From Thecamonas trahens ATCC 50062 (lineage: Eukaryota; Protista; Apusomonadida): DNA of 64,000 nt. Positions 55,701 through 64,000 of the stretch are shown piece after piece. The stretch spans positions 310,001-374,000 of the forward strand of contig NW_013657654.1 in the NCBI RefSeq assembly GCF_000142905.1, read 5' to 3'. A program made the position numbers and the translations under genes. Within the stretch, counting starts at the first letter, position 1. The number at the start of each line of letters is the position of its first letter. Under the pieces are notes generated by a model. That model did not search any database, was not told the origin of the DNA, and saw only the letters and a program-made list of their open reading frames with translations.

Positions 55701-57156
55701 AGGCCGGGCGTGACGACCGAGTCGCCGCAGGAGGAGGGCAGTGGAGATGGGGGTGGGGGTGGTGATGGGGGCGGGGGTGGTGAGGGTGGCGGCGAGGGGG
55801 TGGGGGTGGTGAGGGGGGTGGGGGTGGTGCCGGCGGCGGGGGCGGCGCTGCGACGCAGATGGTGGGAGCGTCGCCAGAGCACGACCATGGCGCAACGATG
55901 TTGCAAGAGGCATCGCAGCCATCGCCGACATTGGTGTTCCCGTCATCGCACTGTTCCGAGCTCTCGCGGAAGCCATCGCCACAGGCAACCGGCAACGGCA
56001 AAGTAGTCCAGTTTGTGGCGACACCGTTGGGTGGGATCGAGCAGGTGATGTCTGAGGCACCGCCACAGCCAATGCCCGCGAGGTTGGCAAAGTCACCGAT
56101 GCCGTTGGGTCTGAGAAGAGCGACAAGCCCCTGCTCGCAGCCGGAGAGTGTGGCAGAGGCACGCGACGAGACCTCGCCATCGGAGAGTGTTCGGTTCCAG
56201 ACGCGGACGTCGCGAACCGAGCCATCAAAGCGACCCAGGTAAAGGCCACGAGTTGCAGTCTTGGCGCCGTATGTGTAGTAGGTGAAGAAAGCTGATCGGT
56301 ACCAAGAGGATGAGGTGGGAGCGCCGTCGACGTAGATGGTCCACGTGCTTGTGGTAGCGTCAAAGACCCCAGCGATGTGGCGCTCAACACCCTGGGTAAA
56401 GGTCCCGACGGGCGCGTCGGACTCGTAGCGGATGTAGCCCGGAGAGTAGCCGGCGGAAAAGGTGACAGCGTAGTCGGCGTCGGGATCGGGTCCGTACTGA
56501 GGGTTGGAATCGTCGAACATACCGACAATGAAGCGAGTGTTGTCGCCGAGAAATGCAAAGATGGTCTGAGTCGAGAACGAGTTAACAGTCACTCGCATCT
56601 CGATGGAGATGTCGGCGTCGATGTCAAGCGAGGGCCAGACACCGGGGCTGGATTCGTTGTACGCGCACGTCGGGATGGCTGGCTCGGGGGGGACGGCAAA
56701 GTCAGTGGCATCAAGACCAAGGCGGCGCTCCCAAGAAAAGGCTACGCCATCGCGCTCATTGTCTGGTGGCAAAGCCCGGAAGCGGATGGAGATCTGCGAG
56801 GCGTTGAAAAAGATGGGCTCGCCGATCCTTGCGCCGACGGGAGAGTTGCCGGACATGTCTGCGAGGACCTCTGACCAGTCGCCAACCAAGCCTCGATAGA
56901 CGATGAGGTGATCGAAAGGCGGCTTTGTGTCAAACGAGTCAAAGATGAGCTGCAGCCCGCCTTGCAAGTAGTCAAACTGGTAGATGCAATCGACTGCGGC
57001 CGGGTACCCGCCGGTGATGTTGACGTAGCCTGCGGTGACACCACTGGTCGAGTTGAAGATCTGAGACGAGCACGATGCCAAAGCGTGGGTGTGACAAGGA
57101 AAGTGCCCGAGAAGCAAGATCATGACAATGGTCATCATCATCATCGTCATCATCAT
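52739..57156 (-). CDS. Receptor-type class III nucleotide cyclase: signal peptide, CUB, LamG, Myxococcus Cys-rich repeats, ~20 DxCGVC repeats, TM, cyclase; frameshift near 55798
   Basis: CUB: YPAAVDCIY...FDSFDT..FDHLIVY. LamG: HIAGVFD...IYVDG...FDGSVRDVRVWNRTLS. CGDG..EQCDDGN..GDGC occurs twice. Cyclase: TDIQDSTALWE...YEFKTEGDAF...RVRMGVHYG. ORFs 55027-57219 and 52739-55906 join in the poly-Pro linker. Confidence 0.87.
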
Positions 57157-57913
57157 AGTACTCGTCCCCGTCCTGACTGGTACGCTGGCATGCGTTGCTA
57201 TTCTTCGGCATCGTTCCATATTGGTAAGGTGTCAGGAGTGGTTTGACTCGCGACAATGAGAGATGTAAGCCGAGCAGTACAGGGATGAACGAGAGGGTGA
57301 CGGCGTATGAAAGGGGAATGGTGGGGGCGGTGGTGGTGGCGGCGGCGGCAGCGGTGGTGGTGGTGGTGGCGATGTGGTGGATGGCGCGTGTGGTGTGGAT
57401 GATGGCCGCGTGAAGTGCTTGCGGGTCGGGTCGTTGCGGGGAGCGGAGCGGATAGCTGTACGTTTGAGTGAGGAACAAATGTGGGATGTGTCACGGTATA
57501 CAATTTGACAACGTGGTATGTGTTGACAGATACGGTGCGGGGCGTGCTGCCCAGGTCAACAAATGCCAACCGGCCGCGGCGTGGCGGAGTCGGGCTGTCG
57601 GCGCCGAGGTTGGTGGCAGACTGGGCAAGCGACATGGACGAGTTAAAGCCGGGTGTGGGGCGACGGCGGGCAGCCATGCAGGCGCGGATGCGGTCACGGA
57701 GCACGGCAGCCGAGGTAGTCGAGTTGAGCAAGATTCGGGCGGGGCGATTCTGCGGAGCCAATTAGGTTCTGCGCCGTGACAGAGCTCAGCTGTGCCGTTT
57801 TCGGTTGGCGCCAAGTTTAGCAGTTTGGGTCGGAAGGCGGAGGCGGGTGGACACGGCAGGGACAGGCACGTCTCGCTGGAGGGAGAGAGACGGCGAGAAA
57901 GGAGACAGCGGAA

Positions 57914-60526
57914 ATGAAATCGTCGGCAGCTACGTGGAGAGCCAAGTTGGACACGCTGCAAGCACGTGTGTCGTCATACCAGGTGGCAACAGGTGCTGGA
58001 GCTCGTCAGAGCGGTCGGTCGAGGAGCAGTCTGCCAATGGGACGAGGCCGGGACGGGGACGGTAGCGGCGATGGCCATGGCCATGATCATGGTCATGATC
58101 ATGATCATGACCATGGTCATGATCATGGAGAAAGACGGGCTGATGGGGGCGGACGGGCGGTGTCGGCCGAGGCTGCGATGATGGCGACCATGCGATTGGA
58201 CGAGGTCGAGGGCGAGATGACCCGGATGGGCAGAGTTGACCGGCCGAGGGAGACCCGGCGCGGTGGGCGTGGGCCACAGGAAGGCCAGGTGGCATCGCAT
58301 TACGTGCTCCGGTCAGTGCCGTCGACACTGCCGCGAGGGGCGATCCGTGAACAGCCGCTGCCGGCAGCGGCAGTGTCGGCGGATGTGGCAGGTGTGCTGG
58401 CGGCACTGTCGGGATCGCCGCAAAAGGGCCACGCCATCAACGGCACGCTCATCACCCTTGCCCAAAACGCGGCGGTGAATGTGGAGACGCTCATGCATAC
58501 CATCCGCGCGCTGGATGCCGGAGTAGCCGTGCCTACCAGCACGAGCGGTGAGGCGCGGACGACGTCGCATGGACGCGCCGGCTCGATGCCAGTGGGCATT
58601 GCGTCGACGATGCGGGTCCCGGCTGGCGGCACAGAGCCGCTGACGGTGTCGGAGCTCTCGTCGCCGGCGCCGCCGCCGATGTTGGGCGGGCCGGCGGTGA
58701 CGCGGCGGGGCAATCCTCCGCCACAGCGAGCACGGTCGATGCAGCCGTGGCCGCAGGCGTCGGCGTCGGCTTCGACACAGTCGATGGCGGACATCCGGGC
58801 CGAAGCCGAGGCCAAAGTTCGGGCCGAGCTGGCAGCTGAGGCCGAGGCCGAGGCCCAGGCTGCGGCTCAGGCCGAGGCCGAGGCTGCTGCGCGGGTGCGT
58901 CAAGAGGCCGAGAACGCCGAGCTGCGCCGGCGTGCGGCCGAGCTGGAGCATCGGCTCTCGGCGCTGGAGGCTGTGACGGAAGAGTCACTGGCCTCGCCGG
59001 GGCGAGCGAGCGAGAGGCAAGTGATGTACGACGTGGCGGCGAGCCCTGTCTCGTCGATGGTGGAGGACGAGCTGCGGTGGCGTGCGGCGCAGCTGGAGGA
59101 GCGGCTCTCGCAGCTAGAAGTTGTGGAAGCACGGCGGAAGCTTAGTGCGTCGGAGCGGAGTGGGCACGACGCGCTGCTGCGTGAGCAGCAGGCGGTGCTT
59201 GCGCATCAGCGGCAGTTGCTTGCCCAGCAACAGGCGCTGGAAGCGAACATGGCTGCGCAGGAGGAGGAGCTCTCCGAGTCGCGGGCCGAGCTCGGACGGC
59301 GCGAGGCGGAGCTCAACGCTGTCCTTGATCGCCTGCTTCCGGGAGGAGATGCCGGTCCTGTGGTGGCTGTCCATGCGCCTGTGTACCGGGGCGATGTGCA
59401 CCAAGTGGAGCAAGCCGGTCACACGGAGGTTGCTAGCTTGACTAAGTCTGCGCCAGAGACAGAGTCTGCCCCGGTCAACGCGCCAGCGCCGACGGTATGC
59501 GAGGCTGTACGGGTGCCCGGACGCGAAGCTGCTCATGTGGAGATTGCGCGGATGGTGATGGAGCCGGCAAAAGCCTCGATGGAGGAGGTGGCGCGAGTGA
59601 GTGAGCCACGGGCGGTGGCCACGCCCGAGCGGATCCGGGTGTCGATGCCGAACAATGTCACGGCAGCAAGCCAGACCGAGGCCGTGGAAGCAGTGGGCGC
59701 GGCAATTCAGACCGAGGCTGTGGAGGTCGTTGGTGCGGCGATCCAGACCGAGTCTGTGGAGGTCGTTGGTGCGGCGATCCAGACCGAGGCTGTAGCGGCT
59801 ACAGAGGTGTCGCGAGTCCGCAGCAGGCCGCAGCCAGCCCCAGCAGTTCCAGTGGCGTCGTGCGCGAGCGACGAGGAGGAGGACGAGTCTGCTGACGATA
59901 GACTCGCCAAGACGTGCTACGACGACGAGCGGTTGTGGCTGGGCGAGGCGCGGAGCGTGGTGCGGCGGATCAACGCGCCGACGCTGGCGAGTATGCACCA
60001 GCACTACGGTAGTGAGGAGGGCAAGATTGGGCCCGCTGGGCGGATCATCACAGTGCCACGGCTGAGTGAGGCCGAGGTCCGGTTTATTGCCGACGTGCGG
60101 TCGCGGTACGCACCGCCAGCGGCGGTGGCGTCGCGGGCCGAGGCCGAGGGCGTGCCGGTGGAGCACGTTGTGACCGGGCACGAGTTTGACATGCTGGTAG
60201 AGATCCGGCGAGCAGACGACGCAAGTGCTGCGCGTGTGGCCAAGCTGCGTGCACTCGGGGTGCTGACGCCGGCGCAGAGCACGCGGCTTCCGCGCGGCTA
60301 CGGGCAGGCAATTCTCAAGACCGACGTGGCGCGGCCGTACTTTCAGTTTGCGCACATGGACGCAGCATCGCGTGCGGCCGGCTCAGCGGCTGTGGCGGCG
60401 ACGATGCGGTGGTCCGACTCGCTGCGGCGGCCGCCGTCGGAGAGCCTCAAGGCCGAGGCGATCGCGCAGGCCCGCGCGGAGCAGCGGCAGGAGCTGGCGC
60501 GGCTGCTGCGCGAACGCGATGGGTGA
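57914..60526 (+). CDS. Hypothetical low-complexity/coiled-coil protein with a His-Asp repeat and 12-aa QT repeats; start uncertain
   Basis: 870-aa ORF with coding-like codon use, (HDHG)n, heptad segments and AA(S/I)QTE repeated 4 times. Confidence 0.7.
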   Translation: MKSSAATWRAKLDTLQARVSSYQVATGAGARQSGRSRSSLPMGRGRDGDGSGDGHGHDHGHDHDHDHGHDHGERRADGGGRAVSAEAAMMATMRLDEVEGEMTRMGRVDRPRETRRGGRGPQEGQVASHYVLRSVPSTLPRGAIREQPLPAAAVSADVAGVLAALSGSPQKGHAINGTLITLAQNAAVNVETLMHTIRALDAGVAVPTSTSGEARTTSHGRAGSMPVGIASTMRVPAGGTEPLTVSELSSPAPPPMLGGPAVTRRGNPPPQRARSMQPWPQASASASTQSMADIRAEAEAKVRAELAAEAEAEAQAAAQAEAEAAARVRQEAENAELRRRAAELEHRLSALEAVTEESLASPGRASERQVMYDVAASPVSSMVEDELRWRAAQLEERLSQLEVVEARRKLSASERSGHDALLREQQAVLAHQRQLLAQQQALEANMAAQEEELSESRAELGRREAELNAVLDRLLPGGDAGPVVAVHAPVYRGDVHQVEQAGHTEVASLTKSAPETESAPVNAPAPTVCEAVRVPGREAAHVEIARMVMEPAKASMEEVARVSEPRAVATPERIRVSMPNNVTAASQTEAVEAVGAAIQTEAVEVVGAAIQTESVEVVGAAIQTEAVAATEVSRVRSRPQPAPAVPVASCASDEEEDESADDRLAKTCYDDERLWLGEARSVVRRINAPTLASMHQHYGSEEGKIGPAGRIITVPRLSEAEVRFIADVRSRYAPPAAVASRAEAEGVPVEHVVTGHEFDMLVEIRRADDASAARVAKLRALGVLTPAQSTRLPRGYGQAILKTDVARPYFQFAHMDAASRAAGSAAVAATMRWSDSLRRPPSESLKAEAIAQARAEQRQELARLLRERDG

Positions 60527-60530
60527 CGAG

Positions 60531-62530
60531 CTACTCTTCCGGCTCCTGGAACAGATAGTCGTGGTACTCGATGCAGAGCTGAACGGCTTCAGACTGCTGC
60601 TGCATGTCCATGAGGTTGGCGATCGACTCGACCGCCGGGCGGAGGATGTTGGGTGCAAAGACGACGGCGAGGTTGGAGGCGCCCATGCGGTTGGACGGCT
60701 CGTGCGACGCGACGCGAGCGAGGAAGGCCATCAGCTCCTTGGTGAGCAGGTAGTTGTCGTCCGGGAGCGAGGCGACAGCGTAGAAGAGGGCCTGTAGCTT
60801 GTCGGCGTGGTTGGATATCTTTGCGGCAGCCACAAACGCATCGTAGTGCGAGAAGGGGAAGAGCGGCTCGGGGAGAAGGCGGAGGTAGAGCTTGAGGGCG
60901 GCGGCGACAATGTGCGGGTCAGAGAAAACGACCGGGTATGCGGCAAAGTCGCCGTCGGCAAACGACCTGGTGTTGACGAGGACAACAAAGTCGTCGAGCA
61001 ACCGTTGGTTGCCCGAGATGCGGAAGAGGCCGTCGAGCTCGAGCGAGTGCGCAGTGAGATGAGCAAGGGCGGCGGCGACAAAGGCAGGAATCGGGTCGGC
61101 AGCGGTGGCAGTGGCAGTCGTGAGCTGTGCAAGCGGGACGCCAAAAACGGCGTCCGGGCCCGGAACGTAGCCGACGGCGCCGGGCGGGGCGTCCGGTCGC
61201 GGCTCGGCAGGCTCGGCGCCCGGACGGCGGACCCTGGCCTTGACGCGCGAGACAAAGGAGCGGACGCGGTCCATGGGCTCAATGCCAGGCGTTTCAGGCG
61301 GTAGGACGATCGCGGGATCGAGCTGCGGTAGTGTGGCCTGCAGCCTGTCGAGGCGCTCGATCCAGAGCTCACGGAGCGCCGGGTCACGGGCACGGAAGAG
61401 CATCGAGCGGTTCGGAGTATAGACTTCAAAGTAGGCGGCGTTCGGTGCGATGGTCGACGACGTATTGGGCGGCGGGCCGAGGAGCTCGACGACGAGAAAT
61501 CCATCGGTGAGGTCGAGGCCACCCTTGAGAGGAACGGCGGTGGGGTCGCCGGCGGCGGCGGCCTCTGCCATGGCCAGCGGGACGTAGTACTCGAGCGCGG
61601 TCGGCTTGAGGACAACCCAGCGGTACTTGTAGTGGGTGAGGACCGAGCTCCCGCCGCGTTTCTCGAGGAATGAGTGGAAGAGCTCGCCATCGCCGAGCGG
61701 GACTTCGGTCCCGTCTGACTTGGGCACAAACACTTTCATGGCGAGCATGCGGTCACGAACCCGGTTCTTGGCCTTTCGGAACATGGACTTGACCTTGGTG
61801 AGCGTGGCGAGGCTATTCGGCCGCTTGCCCTCTTGCTCAGCAGGCGTCAGAGGCGAGGGCGGGAGCGAATGCGCCGATGGTGATAGTGGCGGGGCCGAAT
61901 CCGGCTCAGAGTCCCGGTCAAGGCTTGAATTCGGAGCGTCGAGGACGTCGGCTTCGGCCAGCAGCTCGGCTATGTGCGCCATAGAGGTGAGCCGTGGCTT
62001 GGGCGGCGGGACCGGGACAAAGGCCGATGGCGCCATCGACCGGCGGCTCAGCGCCACCGACCGACGGTCGGTCCCGGGCACCGGCTTGCGCGACGGAACC
62101 GGTGGTCGAGGCTTGGGCGCAGGCTTGGGTGCAGGCTTGGGTGCAGGCTTGGGTGCAGGCTTGGGTGCCGAGTTGGGCCGAGGTCCGGAGATGCCACGCC
62201 CGCGCCCGCGTCCGCGAGCACGCGCTCGCACCTGCCCTCGTCCGCGGGGTCCAAATCGGTCAGGATCGGCGCTTGCGGCACGAGCGCGTGCGGCCGGTGG
62301 AGGAGGTAACGATAGACGATCCTCGGCGCTGGCGGATCGATAGCGTGGGGCGGGAGTAGGGGCGGAGGTATCTCTGCCGTGGCCACGGTAGTTGTTGCCA
62401 CCACGACCACGGCCTCGACCGCGACCTCCGCCACGGCCACGGTCACGGCCACGGCCACGGCCACGGCCACGGCCACGGCCACGGCCGCTTTGCGAGAGAT
62501 GAGGAGGTTTGGGCTGGACCAGTCGCGGTT
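60531..62530 (-). CDS. PH plus RhoGAP protein with an RG-rich N-terminus; first exon not located
   Basis: PH: FLEKRGG..YKYRWVVLK..LEYY...RELWIERL. RhoGAP: VFGVPL, DGLFRISG, LKLYLRLLPEPL, NRMGASNLAVVFAPNIL. The frame stays open to ~62570 with no upstream ATG, and a GCTGATC...CCAG acceptor ends at 62531. Confidence 0.88.
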
Positions 62531-62579
62531 CTGGCCGGTGTGAGGGGGGAATCGAAAGATCAGCAACAGGCTAGTGAAG

Positions 62580-62943
62580 CCGAGTGATCAGCAGCAGGCG
62601 AGAGAAGCCGAGTGATCAGCAGCAGGCGAGTCGAACCGAGTGATCAGCAGCAGGCGAGAGAAGCCGAGTGATCAGCAGCAGGCGAGTCGAACCGAGTGAT
62701 CAGCAGCAGGCGAGTGAGGCCGAGTGATCAGCAGCAGGCGAGTCGAACCGAGTGATCAGCAGCAGGCGAGAGAAGCCGAGTGATCAGCAGCAGGCGAGTC
62801 GAACCGAGTGATCAGCAGCAGGCGAGTGAGGCCGAGTGATCAGCAGCAGGCGAGTCGAACCGAGTGATCAGCAGCAGGCGAGAGAAGCCGAGTGATCAGC
62901 AGCAGGCGAGTCGAACCGAGTGATCAGCAGCAGGCGAGTGAAG
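62580..62943. repeat. 28-nt minisatellite, 13 copies, with higher-order pattern
   Basis: Constant CCGAGTGATCAGCAGCAGGCGAG plus a 5-mer in the order A B A B C B A B C B A B D (A=AGAAG, B=TCGAA, C=TGAGG, D=TGAAG). Confidence 0.97.
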
Positions 62944-63047
62944 CCGTGCCGAGTCGGAGCCGATACGTGCCGTGTCGAGCAACCGAGTGGACGGCGACCA
63001 CAGCCGAGCGGACTGAGTACGGATAGGTATGCGTGTATACGCACCCG

Positions 63048-63085
<38 letters not shown>
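63048..63085. repeat. (TA)n(TG)n microsatellite
   Basis: Directly visible. Confidence 0.95.
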
Positions 63086-63667
63086 GTCTCCCCCTTCTCA
63101 ATGAGTGTGCAGGGGGGCGAGGAAGGGGAGAGGGGGGGAGAGAGCTGCGTTGGTCAGGCGGTGGCCGACTGTTGGCAGTGGGTGGCCGCACCGATGGCGG
63201 AGCAGCAGTCGATCAGTGGCCGAGTAGCAGTCGGGCGATGGACAGCTGTGGATGTGTGATGAGGAGAGTCATGAGCAAAGTGTACGGAGCAAGGATGAGC
63301 ATCATATATTCTTTCTCTGCAACCTTCTCCGTGGTGATGGATGTTCTCAGGATCGGTGATCTTTTTTTCGCACGAATCCCCCACGGTATCCATCCAGCCC
63401 CTCACACACACAGACACACCCACACACTTACACACACACGAGAATCACCTCCTTGTCCCCCTCCCCTCTTCCCCTCATCATATATCTCCTTTTTTCTGTG
63501 CTCATGTCCAACGATGTGATTGCTGCCTTCCATAGTGCCACGATCCACGGCGAATGGGAGGCGCGGGCGTCCTGCGGCAGTGCGGCACCTGGTCGGCGAG
63601 GGGACACGGCCTCGCTCTGACCAAAGCCGTCTTTGGTGGAACCGCACACTGCTCTACAACGACGACT

Positions 63668-64000
63668 ATGGCAGGGTGCTGGAACCGGGCCAAGGCCATG
63701 CATGAGGCAGCTATGGCGGATGGCGACCTCTCGTTTGACGACGTGGTGGAGGCGCTGAAGGAGATGCTCCGTGAGGGCATTGAGTGGGCGGTGAAAAAGG
63801 CGTCCAAGCGCGGCGGCTTCCTCAAGAACGACGCCATTGCCATTCCCTGGCCGCCGCAGCTGCGGTCCATCAAGCGAAAGCTGAAGAAGCTCGGTGGCCG
63901 GAAGAAAATTGATGAGTTTGTTCGCCGCATTAACAAAGCCGCCGAAAAGGCGGCGCCCAAGGCCCTCGACGTCTTTGTTGCCGCCATCATGGGCCTCTCT
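63668..64000 (+). CDS. DUF4197 family protein, 5' part; runs off the window edge
   Basis: Hand translation: LSFDDVVEALKEMLREGIEWAVKKASKRGGFLKNDAIAIPWPPQL...IDEFVRRINKAAEKAAPKALDVFVAAI. This matches the DUF4197 pattern LKExLxxG..AV..GF..N..IPxP..NxAAExA..FVxAI. Alternative ATGs at 63554, 63698 and 63713. Confidence 0.85.
   Translation, partial: MAGCWNRAKAMHEAAMADGDLSFDDVVEALKEMLREGIEWAVKKASKRGGFLKNDAIAIPWPPQLRSIKRKLKKLGGRKKIDEFVRRINKAAEKAAPKALDVFVAAIMGLS

Noticed and set aside
62580-62943. CRISPR-like array (constant 23-nt repeat with variable spacer)
   Set aside because: Spacers are only 5 nt and recur, there are no cas genes, and the context is eukaryotic. It is a minisatellite.
34832-64000. 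Bacterial contamination or a prophage/island
   Set aside because: The bacterial-type domains are fused to or interspersed with eukaryotic genes and spliceosomal introns, with uniform composition and no integrase or transposase.

Overview
This is nuclear DNA from a GC-rich, gene-dense, intron-poor unicellular eukaryote. The style resembles an apusomonad such as Thecamonas, but that is inference only. It is a draft assembly with two 100-N gaps, a probably artefactual 701-bp duplication and about six small indels that split genes. About 23 protein-coding genes can be supported. Housekeeping or conserved genes: YME2-like, free Met-R-sulfoxide reductase, MoaC, SF3B6/p14, SPB1, a CTL/SLC44 transporter, TLDc/MEAK7-like and a NEK-like kinase. 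Cytoskeletal or signalling genes: a LIM protein, a five-DCX protein, three RhoGAPs and a ~2,740-aa coiled coil with a MAP65/Ase1-like end. A run of large receptors and proteins with bacterial-type domains includes a sugar-binding-protein receptor kinase, an HTTM protein, a PMP-like beta-helix membrane protein, a triple-TIR protein, a CUB/LamG/Cys-repeat receptor adenylate cyclase and DUF4197. The most notable signal is not in the ORF track. SPB1 is interrupted by a 1,011-nt AT-AC (U12-type, minor spliceosome) intron with a divergent 5' splice site. That intron appears to host a box C/D snoRNA whose guide points at C38 of 18S rRNA. No tRNA, rRNA, CRISPR array or transposase was recognised.
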